DNA of 63,936 bases, counting the filler, from Octopus bimaculoides (lineage: Eukaryota): NCBI RefSeq assembly GCF_001194135.2. It is 8 parts of 8 records of this genome, joined end to end, with 100 filler letters (N's around TTAATTAATTAA, not from the genome) between each part and the next. Parts side by side here need not be neighbours in the genome. Positions count along the whole stretch, not along the records: positions 45,705 to 52,374 come from NC_068996.1; positions 52,475 to 60,600 come from NC_068981.1; positions 60,701 to 62,485 come from NC_069005.1; 5 more parts are not named here. One strand, written 5' to 3'. Of this stretch, positions 47,936-61,719 are shown one piece after another (position 1 is the stretch's first letter; every line of letters starts with the position of its first letter). The translations under genes were made by a program, and so were the position numbers. Below the pieces are notes generated by a model. The model ran no database searches. It worked only from the letters and a program-made list of their open reading frames with translations, and had not been told where the DNA came from.

Positions 47936-50869
47936 TGGAATCATAAGCAGCAGCTTTTGAAAATGTATGAACCAAATGACTACAATAGAAGAGTGGTTAG
48001 AATTGGATCTGATCTTAGAGTTAATTAGAGAAAATATAATAATTGTGTAATTGGGAGATGTAAGGGATGAGCACTAAGAGCATCGGTGTATTATGTGTAG
48101 GAGTTTTGCAAGTATGTTAGTGAAAAATATTACAGAATATGTGGTGGAAGTAGAAAATTAAAATTAAAACAGCACAAGTGTGAAACAAAGAAGTTAAGCA
48201 AAATAATTTTTTGTGTGAGATGAAATGTAATTAAATCTTTAAAATAATCAACAAATAAATAGATTTGTGCCTGCATGTCTTTTCTCTCTCTTTTTCCTCA
48301 TTGAAAGGATTCTTATTTGAAACAGATGAATTAATTAATTAGTGCAATAAGACAGCTGTCATAATCACTGCAATACATAAAGATATAAATTTTTGTTGAA
48401 TTCATCATACATCAGAGTTTTCTTTCAATGTTTAGCCAATACTATATTTCATTATATTGCACCCACTTCCTTCCATACACATTGAGGCATTGTCTCTGCT
48501 TTTATATGAATAATCATTACATGCAGACCAAAACAATGTGGCATAACTACAGAATTATGCCACCCCACCTGCTAACTTTGTTTTCCACCTATAGCATTTT
48601 TAAAATGCATATTTTTCTATAAAAGTTTTTAAGGATATATTTTAGAGGGTATAAATTACAATTATCATGATAAAATTTGAAAAAAATTCAATTTTGAAGA
48701 GTTTCAAATCATCTCTCTCTAAATTTTGATTCACCCCACCCCACCCNNNNNNNNNNATAATAATGAAATGGAAACATATTTAATAATTAAATTGTTAACA
48801 TTGCACTTAACTTTCTACAAAGATTTCTTTCAGAAAATTTTCTTCAACAACGATAGAAATTCGCATAGGTTTCAGCTCAAATGTAAACAGTTGCAGGCAT
48901 GGCCACTTTGGTTAATATGCAGTTTACTATCATAAAAACGTGAAAGTAAATTGTCCAAAAAGCATGAAAGTAAACTGCAATAGAAACCTAGAGTGACAAC
49001 ACTCTGTTCCCTACATGTACATTAATTAAATTATTCAACTGTGTAACTCAATTTCTGTCCTTGGGTAGCATCTGTTATTTCCTATTTGCTTACCCCTAGA
49101 AAGTATGAAAAATGGGTAATATTTCTTTCAGATTTTACTTTTGTTATGATATTTCTTCAAACTCCAAAGAATCCCCCTCGACACATGGCTATGATACTCC
49201 TCCACCACTCCTACTTATGATCAGGGATGCACATACTGAAGTCACTAAAGGACATGCTCAACTGGTTAAGGTCAAGTAACTGATAAGCAAATCTGTAGTA
49301 TTGAGAGGAATATATGTTGTAACCTGTCATTTATACCAAGGCAAAACAATGTACATGATAACACTTCCAATCAGTTATGACCAGAAGCCACGAAAGCCAC
49401 TGCTTGATGCTGCGTCAGGACATTTATTATAATTGTTATTAAGGTCAAACAACAGACAAGCAAATCTCTGGTATTGAACAGAGTACACGATTATTGATTT
49501 GCTCATCTGTAACTTGTCATTTATTATGTGTCAACATGCAAAAAAGCAAATTGCTTTTTCTGAAGTGTTTATTGCTGGGTATATTATGTTGGAATAGTGT
49601 ACCCCAGTTCCTATTTCTGAAATACTTAATACTAGAATATACTGTACAGGGAGGTGCCTGTGGACATGACATAATGAGTTTACTGGGTTTTTTAATGAAG
49701 TTTTGGTATATCATTTCTTATTTCTTTTGCAATTTACATTCATTTTTTTTAGGACAATTTACTTTCACTTATTTAGCAACAGTAAACTGCATGTTAACCT
49801 GGAATTTTAGTTTTGTTACTTAACTTTCAGTGGAAAACCTTAATGTGAGATCAATGAGTTTGATGCCTTATTGTTTCACTCTCCTGTGATTGAGTTTAGC
49901 AGTGATAGAACATTATAATTTTTACATTTCACAAAATACCACCACAAGTTTCTGGAAGTTTTTGCCCAAGAAATGAGTAAAGTTAAATGTTTTTCTGGGG
50001 TAAAATGAAATAAAAACAACATAATCACACAAAATCAGGAAGATGGCAAAACTTCACTGCATGAGGAACTAAATACCAACAGAATTGTGATAAAAAGTTT
50101 TTTAACAGTTCAACAACACTGAAATGCTTTATATTATTATTAGAGCTGGTAAAATAGCTCACCAGACAAAATGCTTGGCAGCATTTCATTCATCTATATT
50201 TTAAGTTCAAATTCTGTCAAAGTCAGGTTCGCCTTTCATCACTTTAAGGTCAATAAAATAAGTACCAGCTTGTGCCCATAGTAGAAAACATTATCATTAT
50301 TAACTTTCCAGGGTACAAAGTTCATTTACAACAATCATTATAAAAGTATGTGACATTGTTTGTCTTTTTATAAAAAGCTATTTTGTTTTGTCTTTCTGCA
50401 TTATTTTGCACACTCAAAAACGATTAATTTTACCTTTTACATACAGTTTTGAGAGGCAAGAATTTTGTTCATTCATTCATTCAATATGGACCTTTGCAAT
50501 GAGTAGCTTATAAACATTTCCTCTTTATGTTACTTTAGAACATATTTGCAACTAAACTTTATATTAATTTCTTTTTATCATCGTTTCTTTATATTGTTTA
50601 AAATTTAATCAAATATTACATAAATATTGAAAATTTTTCCGGGAAAACAGCTGTTTCTTATAAACAACTCTCCTAGGGCACAATCTTATATTATTTAACA
50701 ATTTAAAATAATGAATTTTCTAAATAATTTCAAATTATATACCAAATCCAAAAGTAAAACAGCCTTCCCATATATATATTTAGTCAATTGTTGATTGGAT
50801 CAGTAGATGTAATATTTACATATATATTTATTCCTTATATCTTTAGTTTTCAATATTTTTTAATTTCTT

Positions 50870-51090
50870 TATAGCCCAAAGGAGCTAAACATAGAGGGGA
50901 CAAACAAGGACAGACAAAAGGATTAAGTCAATTACATCGACCCCAGTGCGTAACTGGTACTTAATTTATCGACCCCAAAAGGCTGAAAGGCAAAGTCGAC
51001 CTCAGCAGAATTTGAACTCAGAACGTAACAGCAGATGAAATACCGCTAAGCATTTCGCCCAGCGTGCTAATGTTTCTGCCAGCTTGCCAT
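50870..51090 (-). mobile_element. tRNA-derived SINE family A
   Basis: Near-consensus copy. Confidence 0.85.
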
Positions 51091-51249
51091 ACTAGAATAT
51101 GCTGTTAAATGCCAGCGTATGAATCAGATCACCAAAAATTGCAAAGTGAATTGAGCTCAAAAGAACAACCCTAATGCTTCATCTGTTATGTAGGTTAGCA
51201 AGGTATTTATTGGGATATTATGTAGAGGGGTCCATTCAAAAGATATATT

Positions 51250-51900
51250 GCAGATATAACCAGCAATAAGCCTACTACTTGATCTGAGAAGCAAGGTATT
51301 GGAGACCAAAAGATGTTTCCCAAGACCTTAAAGCAGGTTTGGAAGGTAACAACTAGTAAGGATTAGGGATATGAATGACAACCCTTTAAAATAAAGAGCA
51401 GGAACTACTGGAAGAGGTCAAACACTACTGGTAGGATATAGTCAGTGTCTACTCTGGAAGGTTCTGTAGCTCTGGCATCATACATTTGGAAAGCGGATGC
51501 AAACTCCACTATTCAGATATTTGATCAATGTAGTGGTGATCAGATAACCCAGGAGGGGCAACGACATTTATAGTTTGATGTATATTAGGACAGTGTAGGG
51601 GATGAGATAAGTTGGAACAAGTCCAAGTAAAAGACTTACATTCTGTACCATTAGAATGAGGAAGTCACCAATGAATTCAAAAAGGGTTGTAGTAAGGCAT
51701 ATTAATCCTGAAGGCAAGTGGGGATGTGATCAGAGAGATGCAGGTGGTTTGAGATGTTAGGAGAGCATCACAAGGTGCAAACCTATTTTGGGGAGTAATG
51801 GTGGGAGACTTTGATACAGAGTAGCTGTGTATCACTACTAATCATATGCAAGTGAGAAAGGTGAGAGACAGGTAAGAGAGGTGTCTGTGTAAGCACAGAC
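51250..51900 (-). mobile_element. Highly decayed LINE APE-endonuclease remnant
   Basis: Minus-strand fragments FYLDLFQLIS and VVAPPGLSDH resemble the LDL...PLG.SDH C-terminal APE motifs; many stops. Confidence 0.4.
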
Positions 51901-52187
51901 ACCACCTATCAGGGTGACATAAGATAGAAAGTGTAGCCTGTACCAGTGAGATGGGTTGACGATTGGTGTCTGAGAAGAATAGGATGCATGGCTTGTGTGT
52001 GGGTAAGAGATGATGAGTGAGATCTAGAGTGGAATGAAGTCCACAAAATTTGGAGAAAAAGAGGGAAAACTCTCTTGAGGATTTACTTCAGTGAAAGGAG
52101 TTGTATGTTTGTGAGTGAGTGTGTGTGTGTGTGTGCAGGCATGCATCCCTTTCTCTCACTGCTTAGCAACTGTTGTTGATTTCTAGG

Positions 52188-52345
52188 AGTGACTGTGTGG
52201 TAAGTAGCTTGGTTACCAACTACATGGTTCCGGGTTCATTCCCATTGCGTGGCATCTTGGGCAAGTGTTTTCTACTATAGCCTCAGGCCGATCAAAGCCT
52301 TGTGAGTGGATTTGGTAGATGGAAACTGAAAGAAGCCCATCGTAT
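52188..52345 (+). mobile_element. SINE family B, 5' half
   Basis: GACTGTGTGGTAAGTAGCTTGG...GGCATCTTGGGCAAGTG...GGAAACTGAAAGAAGCCCATCG. Confidence 0.85.
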
Positions 52346-53242
52346 ATATGTATTGTATATATATATATATATATNNNNNNNNNNNNNNNNNNNNNNNNNN
52401 NNNNNNNNNNNNNNNNNNTTAATTAATTAANNNNNNNNNNNNNNNNNNNNNNNNNNNNNNNNNNNNNNNNNNNNTGTGTGTGTGTGTTTGTGTATGTGTG
52501 TGTGTGTGTGTTTGTGTGTCGTTGTGTGTACGTGTGTGTGTATGCACATATCTACACACGTTGTATTAGATCAGGAAGTAATGGGCACTTTATAGAATTT
52601 AATTTTTTATACTTCAATTTAAAAAGAGGAACACAGTACATAGAAAACGAATATGGATCGTCTGAATTGTGAGTATTATTACTAATAATACCATACTTTG
52701 ATCTTAGTGAAAAACTGACAAAGTATTTGTATTAGTGTGAATATTGCTCTAAATATTTGTGTTTCATGAGCTGTATTACACTTGGTATTAATGAAAATGT
52801 AGCGGGGTATGAAACGGTTACATATATTTTATTCGTATCTTAATTTTTTTTTTTTAGTTTTCAAGAAATGGCCAGGTTATTTTACTGTCGTTTTGAAAAT
52901 CAATGCTTTGAAAATACATCAATTTTTGGGGAAGAAAAATTACTTACGATGGAACGCAAAATGAATATGAAAATTGCGTAGTTGCCTCCATTTCTGAGTG
53001 TAGACGTTCGTAAATTATGACCTACTGGAAATAAAAGCAAGCAATGACCATTTTTAATATTAATATTTGCACATTCACAAGTGCATTTTGATCATATTAA
53101 TCTCTGAATAGGAGAGCCAGCTGTTTGTTAATATGAAATACAACACATGTGCACACGTACGCACAGAGGCATACAAACACACACACATATATATATTGAT
53201 GAATAGATATATGCATGCATATACATACATACATACATACAT

Positions 53243-53276
<34 letters not shown>

Positions 53277-54039
53277 ANNNNNNNNNNNNNNNNNNNNNNN
53301 NNNNNNNNNNNNNNNNNNNNNNNNNNNNNNNNNNNNNNNNNNNNNNNNNNNNNNNNNNNNNNNNNNNNNNNNNNNNNNNNNNNNNNNNNNNNNNNNNNNN
53401 NNNNNNNNNNNNNNNNNNNNNNNNNNNNNNNNNNNNNNNNNNNNNNNNNNNNNNNNNNNNNNNNNNNNNNNNNNNNNNNNNNNNNNNNNNNNNNNNNNNN
53501 NNNNNNNNNNNNNNNNNNNNNNNNNNNNNNNNNNNNNNNNNNNNNNNNNNNNNNNNNNNNNNNNNNNNNNNNNNNNNNNNNNNNNNNNNNNNNNNNNNNN
53601 NNNNNNNNNNNNNNNNNNNNNNNNNNNNNNNNNNNNNNNNNNNNNNNNNNNNNNNNNNNNNNNNNNNNNNNNNNNNNNNNNNNNNNNNNNNNNNNNNNNN
53701 NNNNNNNNNNNNNNNNNNNNNNNNNNNNNNNNNNNNNNNNNNNNNNNNNNNNNATACGCAAATGAACCCACACATAACTCACATACACACACATATATAT
53801 ACACATACACACACGCACACAAAAATACAGGCACTCACTGCTAGAAAATCACACCCACACAACACACATAAACGCAAACACGCATACTCAAAAACTAACT
53901 GCCCACTTTCTATTGACTATTGTCCACTACCACTCCGAAATTATTCATGCTACTAATTCCTTCCACAGAGTCACACGACAAACACACACACACACACTAA
54001 CAGATAAACAGTCAAACCACACACACACACACACACGAA

Positions 54040-54330
54040 CCCGCGCGCACGCACACATACTTACCTCCCTCTTACACTCTCCTGTCTTACAAAGATCTTT
54101 TCCTCCACCCCTTCATCTGCCGGTCCTTCCACAATGTAACCTCGTGGACATCGGTGGCGATTTTTTTCTTCCTCCGTTTTTCCCTCCTTTGGACTATCCT
54201 TGTTTCCGATGAGGAGCACCGCTCGAAACGTCATATTCTCTCTCTTTTCTTTCCCGAGCGTCTAGTAATAGAATCTCTATCACGTCCTTACGTTGTTGTT
54301 TTTTGTTGTTTTTTTTGTCTTTTTCCTTTT
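54040..54330 (+). mobile_element. Penelope-like 3' terminal remnant with hammerhead-like core
   Basis: CCGATGA-G-GAGCaccGCTC-GAAACGTC at 54206-54232 inside pyrimidine-rich PLE-tail-like sequence. Confidence 0.55.
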
Positions 54331-54360
54331 TTGAACCTATATATATGTATATATATTTAT

Positions 54361-54435
<75 letters not shown>

Positions 54436-54953
54436 NNNNNNNNNNNNNNNNNNNNNNNNNNNNNNNNNNNNNNNNNNNNNNNNNNNNNNNNNNNNNNNNN
54501 NNNNNNNNNNNNNNNNNNNNNNNNNNNNNNNNNNNNNNNNNNNNNNNNNNNNNNNNNNNNNNNNNNNNNNNNNNNNNNNNNNNNNNNNNNNNNNNNNNNN
54601 NNNNNNNNNNNNNNNNNNNNNNNNNNNNNNNNNNNNNNNNNNNCGTACATCAATCTAAATACACACATGCATACAAATACGCACACACAGATGACATAAA
54701 CATAACACACACAAACACATATATATATATATATAAAGCGAAAGAGAGAGTGAGAGTGAGAGAGAGAGAGTTATAGTTTGGGATAACCGGCTAAGGGTTA
54801 ATAATATCCGTTTTTACTATTGGTATCATTTACCTATAATCACCCTGTGCATGTGTAAGCAAGCATACTATGCTCATAGGCTACAGATAAGAACAGAGTA
54901 AACAAATGTTTATAAGGAATCAAATTTAATTAAGCAGAAAATAGAGAAATCTT

Positions 54954-55688
54954 TTAATCAACAAACACACCGAGAGACGAACATCTGTTGATTACTTTTT
55001 AATACAAAACCTGACATAACATTTCCTACAGCCGTTTCCGGTGCTAATGTCAGTCGGTGCTTACGAAAGAAATTCCGAAAATAATATTCGTCATTTTCAT
55101 AGCACATTCTATCCAGTACACGGAACTTCATCAGAGCGAATACAAATGCATAAAATAGACGAAGGGACGAGGGAAAAGGAAAGAACGGGGCCTTGAGGTG
55201 AGGCCAGAAGGCTCAATATATTAGATTCATACCATCTTGCAGATTGGAACTTGAAGTCGATAGACAAAAGAGCGAACTAGCTGTGATCTAGGAAAATATT
55301 TATGGGTTATGCCTTTATAAATGGCAACCAGTGTATGTAAATAGTAGTGAAATAAAATTTGTAGTAAAGTACTGCTAGCTCACTATTTTGTCTATCGGCT
55401 TCAAGCTCCACGCTGCAAGATGGTATCATTCTAGTATATTCAGCATTTCGAGGGCCTGTTCTTTCTTTTTCCTTCTTCCCTTCGTTTATTTTATTTTATG
55501 TATTTGTATTCACTCTGATGAAGCTCCGCGTACTAGATAGAATGTGCTATGAAGATTGCGAATATAATTTTTCGGAATTTCTTTCGTAAGCACCAACTGA
55601 CATTGTCAGCAGGCTGTAGGAAATGTTATGTCATGTTTTGTATTAAAAAGTAATCAACAGATGTAGACTAATTTCTTTGTTGATCAAC
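54954..55688. repeat. Foldback element, ~330-bp inverted arms, ~90-bp spacer
   Basis: ACATCTGTTGATTACTTTTTAATACAAAAC...TAGACAAAAGAGCGAACTAGC (to ~55281) is mirrored by GCTAGCTCACTATTTTGTCTATC...AAAAAGTAATCAACAGATGT (55374-55664). Confidence 0.9.
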
Positions 55689-55760
55689 ATTTTCTGTATT
55701 TTCTGTTTATTTAAATTTAAAAGTACACATATATACATACATACATACATACATATATAT

Positions 55761-55796
<36 letters not shown>

Positions 55797-58700
55797 ACAT
55801 GAACGTACACACACAATCACACGCATACACATAGTGATGCATTCACGCAAAAATATGTATAAATAGATTTATAACAATACAGTATATATTTCCCTAGAAA
55901 GAATACCTTCATGCATTTCAAGACGGGCAACAAAGACGGTCTTGATTGATATATCTAATTTAGACAATATATTCGCACCCACCACTCATTATCAACAATA
56001 TAAACTAATCTATCAAGCAATTTGGTTATTGCTCAAGCACAAAGGAAAGAATCACTCGATAACATTTTCAGTCTCTTCACCCTTAAGTAGCTCTTTTTCA
56101 TTTGAATAAAGTTGCAATGACTTGAAAAGATTAGAGTCAGAGGAGCAAGATGATGTTACGATGGGAGATGAGGCAAAATTTCCATATTTAGTGCCCTGAC
56201 CTTTACCTGGGTGACTTACACAATATGTGGTTTTGTGTTATCATGTAAGAGCAGCACCGCTTCGCGATACAGGAATGACGAGCGTGTTTTTGTTCGACAT
56301 AAAACATGATTTCTATTTGCCAATACTATTCCGAATTAACAGTTTCATTTTGGTTTAATAGCTCATAACAGTCGAAATCAAAACGCAACAAACTTTTTCG
56401 AACGTTGTCTTATTTTGTGAATGTGCACGCATGTTTTATTATTAGGAATTAACCGTTTTCGTTTCAATTGTATATGATGATACAGAAGCAACCTTAAATC
56501 ACTTATGATGATTGTACCAAGGCAATATTTGGTTGCAAGTCTGCACTTCAATGATGAGCAGAGAGCTATTCTTTGATTACGATGAGGAGTAAAATAATGA
56601 TCATCCCGCGGACTAATTTAAACACGCTTCCTAGTTCAAGATGTTTTATTATCAAAGTGTAACTTGAATTAAAACACGCGCACACACACACACACACATG
56701 CACACGCACACACACATATACGTAGATAGATGGATTGATAGATAGTTACATATATACCTATACGTAAAATACAGAAATACAGCTCACGCTGTTGGGAAGT
56801 AATTATAATGATAATTACCAACATCCAATGCTAATACTAATTATATATATATACAGCGAAACTTTCTGATTCCACCAATATATTTCTTTTGGATGTTATT
56901 TTACGTACTATATGCATATTTATAAAATGTGAAACTCTGTTAAAACGCCCAAATGCTGCCATAGATTTTTCTGTCTATACCTTCCCCAGAAGTAATCGCA
57001 ATCTTCAAATGACAATCTCTCATTCAATTTCACGTACCATTCTCCCTAAGCTAACACCATTCATCAACTAATTCGGTGTGATTAATCATTATATATAGTA
57101 ATGCTTATCTTCCGAAATTATTGCGTGTGTGACAGAAAAGCATTTATTTTTAATCATTTCAAGACGTTATATCCGTTTACCCGAAATATTATTTTATACG
57201 AGAAAACTTAAATAATGTTGGGAGAACCTACGGAAGCAATGCCTTTGTCCTGATCTTTTGATGAATCCAATATGCTTCATACAACACAATCATACCCGAC
57301 ATACAATAAAGAACTAAAATGAGAGTAATAAGAATCTTTTGCAATTTGAATGAATTATTATTTTTTTCGAACATTTAGATTTGCTTGAAAATGTTTATCA
57401 GCTAGCAGAACAACGTATATAGAAATGGTTAATTTTAACATAAGCAGTATTAAATATTGCTTACTAATATTGCATTTTATATCATGGTGACAATTCAAAC
57501 TGTGCTACTGGATAACACAGATGTGGTTTGATCTTTAGATACATGAAAACATTGGAGATGTGTGCATAAATGTGTGATTGAAGGATTCTCGAGTGTTATT
57601 ATTCAAATATTCGAATGCTTATCTCAATAAATTTGAATTACATTTTGAATAAATATAGTCCTTATGAATCCCAGAAATATCTATTACGCAGCAGATCACT
57701 GCCTTTGAATCCACGTATGTGTTTGTTTTATTATATTGGTGATCTGTCATTACATTTCTCTTTGAAAATGATTAAAATATTCATAATTCAGTTGATATTC
57801 CTTAATGATATGAGTTTATTTATATGAGCAAAATGTCATGGCTTTGAATAAAGGAAAATCACTTCCTAGAACAAATATTATATGTTATTGGTACTGGTTT
57901 CATGATTTATGCATCAAATGATAAATGGTAACACCGATAATTAAACAACACACATTAGGGATAGCATGAAATGCTCTAACACATTTCATTCATTTTCACA
58001 TGTTGCGTCGATAATATCTTACTGAATTTATATGTCCAGCTGTTTATTCTACAATATTCTGTTTTCAATTTTCATCAAAATAGCAAAATTTGATTAAAAT
58101 AAATCTTAAACATTATTACAATGAATGCTTTAAACTTTAAGGCTTTCTAAATCTCAATATAGTTGTTTATAAGCGAACAATCATTCTAATATCAATATCT
58201 CTATTACAAATCGACTTAAATGTTTCATTCGGGAGTTCCTAAACTTCAGTATCCTCATGATCAACATGAGTAGTACGACAACCACTTCACCACTATCTTG
58301 ATTTTCTGTTTTATTTATCATTCATCTCTTTACTTTACTTTTTAGATTTATTGACATCATTTGTTAAACTTTAACTGACATTGAAACCTGCAGACATCTT
58401 AATAACTCTACTTTCCTAATCTGCGTACATTAATAGAGTCTCATTTATCCTATGTATTTTTCCATAATAACACATGTCAAACTACATCAATTATTTAACT
58501 AGTATATTTCATTACATTTCAATATTACATTATTTGTATTGTGAAAAAAAAAGTGAGTATGTTCTGTGGAGCCATAAATGCATGGATAATCACCTATCGT
58601 TCGCAAATTATACTATAGATATACGGTCGAAAAATCGTTCATACATCTTCAGTAATATAGTGATACTGTAACAATAAACATAAAAAGTATGTCGAGTTAT

Positions 58701-60700
58701 TGTTCCACTGTAAGCTAAAGGGTAACGAAAATACAAAACACAGAATGAACTAGCATTTAACGACCTTCGTTTATTCAAATAAGTATTCCAATAAAAGAAT
58801 ATAAGGTATAAAGCACAAAATATTTGCCCTAGAGGAGCATGAAATGTCTTAGATATTGTTTAATATTTAAATTCCATTTGATATAAGGAATCATAATTTA
58901 TTTAAATACTGTCGAATCGTTTGTTGCAAGTTATTTTACTTTTACGCAATAAAATCTGCAGCTGCCCTTGTAATTACTAAATTTTGATGTAAACCAGCTT
59001 AGTAGTTTTCAACTATACTCAATTGAGTTTTATTTTTATCTTTTGTATGATAAGTCATGCTTAGGATATTTTTCAATCAATAAATTTCTAATCAATAAAA
59101 TCTAACAAAATGTAACTTACTACAGCAAAAAGCAAACAAAACAAGCTTGCATTAATTTCAAGTGGAAGCCGTAAGTAAAATGATATTGAACAAAGAAGCT
59201 TATCAGTTAACTTGGTTCAGTGGGGCAATATAATTACGTGTAACAAATATGTAACATATGTGACAATAAAAAAGTGACAAGATTGGATAGAATCTCCAAT
59301 GGAGAGGAAAAAGAAAAATATCAGAAATTGTTGTACTTAAGATAAACTGAAAATGTTATCTCATGATTATTTCGGTGCAAAAATTATGGTCTAAAACTTC
59401 CTAATTTAAACCCGAGTTAACAAATGTTGCCATTAATCAATCGTTATCTCATATTTCACGTACTATTCTCTTTGGAAATAGATTTCGCTTATCAAAAAGA
59501 ACCAGTTAGATACAAGAAAATAAGCACTTAAATACACACAATTTCTTGCTATATGACTTCATGTAACTGCGTAAGAAATTTTTATACTGATTTTCATGTT
59601 GTTACGTTTAGGAATATGCATGTATACGTACAAAATATTTGCAGAAATAGTCCGGATACACATACACACACACACACACACTCACACACACATATATATA
59701 TTGCCATCACTCCTCTACTTATATTTCTCGTTAGTCTCCAAATACATTCTACTAATTCTTCAATGTCTTTAGTTCTCTCTCTCTCTCTCTATCACGAGCA
59801 CTTTCCTATTTCCAGTGCTATTCTGCACCAGTAAGAAGACAAAAATTGAGGTTTTTCATATTAAATTTTCCATACGAACATCCTTAACACGCTAGCTTTT
59901 TGTCATCTCATTATGTTGTCTGCGTAACGAGGGCTGACATCAGAACTGTTGGCACACCACATTATCATACAGTCGGCATGCTAAGTTTGAAATTATTTCA
60001 TTCACCACTCGTAAATTAATATCACTCTGGATCACCCATCTATATAAATCACTGTCCCTCGGTGTCACTCTCGCCCACTCTCTCCCTATCTCTCCTGTCT
60101 CTTTCTCCTCACTCTATTTTTCTCTTCTCTATCTTCTTCTACCCCTGAAAGCAAACGTCACAACTTGTACTGCTAGCCATTGCTTTCCATCCCTCATGCG
60201 ACACTCCCACTGCCAGGCGCATCATTCGTTGCTTACTAACAGGAAGAAGGTATCTTTCATCATTGCCTTCACCATTACACACTGTCGCAGTGTGTCTGCA
60301 GTTTTCTTGTCTCTAACATTATTTGTACCATTCATATTTTATCCACTATCTCATTTTAATGCACCCCCGAAAACATTTCGCGTCCCTCGCCTTCTAAGAC
60401 CTTACCAAGAGAATTCACCCAGTATTCACCCTCAAGTGCTATGCTAGCAGACAAAACAAAATAAAGTCCTGACCCGTTATTATTTCTAAGAAATTCACGT
60501 CATTTCTGCGGTTGCTGTCATTGTAGGTGCAGCGGATACACTCCACTATATACAAACTCACACACACATATACATACGAACACACACATATATACATATA
60601 NNNNNNNNNNNNNNNNNNNNNNNNNNNNNNNNNNNNNNNNNNNNTTAATTAATTAANNNNNNNNNNNNNNNNNNNNNNNNNNNNNNNNNNNNNNNNNNNN

Positions 60701-60784
<84 letters not shown>

Positions 60785-61004
60785 CCCTCACCACCGCTTG
60801 ACAACCGGTGGTGGTATGTTTACGTCCCTGTAACTTAGCGTTTCGGCAAAAGAAACCGATAGAATAAGTACTGGGCTTTTAAAAAATAACTCCTAAGGTC
60901 GATTTGTTCGACTAAAACCCTTCAAGGCAGTCCCCAGCTTGGCCGCAATCAAATGACATCAGCACACTGCATCAAATGACACATCAATCCATACTACGCT
61001 AACA

Positions 61005-61620
61005 AACAACTTACACAGTACTACACCACATATCGTACTATAACACACCGTATTACACTATACTTTGTTTAATACCACATCACACTACATCACAGTGCAC
61101 TGTACCACAGGACTCTACACAAAACGCCATACTAGTCTACACAAGACGTCACACTGCACTACACAAAACGTCACATTGCACGTCACACTACACTACAAGA
61201 AACGTTATACTACTCTACACAATACATCAAACAACACTACAAGAAACGTCACACTACTCTACACAAAATGTCACACTACTCTGCCCAAAGCGTCACACTG
61301 TACTACAAACAACGTCACTCTACACTACTTGCACGTCACACTACACTACAAGAAACGTCATACTACCCTATACAAAACGTCACTCAACACAAAACGTCAT
61401 ACTATACTACACAAAACGTCACATTACACTACAAGAAATGTCACACTATGCAAAACGTCACACTACTCTACACAAAGCGTCACACTACATCTACATCACA
61501 CTCCATTACAGCACAGCACACTTCACTCAACATTTCACTACAATACAAAGCACCACCTCACGCTACATCATACTACCTTACACCACAGGACACTACGTTT
61601 GCAAAGAATCGTACGGCACT
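61005..61620. repeat. Minisatellite of ~20-25-nt units CTACACAAAACGTCACACTA
   Basis: Direct inspection; recurring AAACGTCACACTA core. The ORFs 61065-61652 etc. are by-products. Confidence 0.92.
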
Positions 61621-61719
61621 GTCGTGATGAAAGACAATGCCCTTACGATTAGCAAGTGTTGGATGCTTCTTGTGAATCGTTGTCTAATTTGTCCAGCGAG
61701 TCACAGTATATATTTTAAT

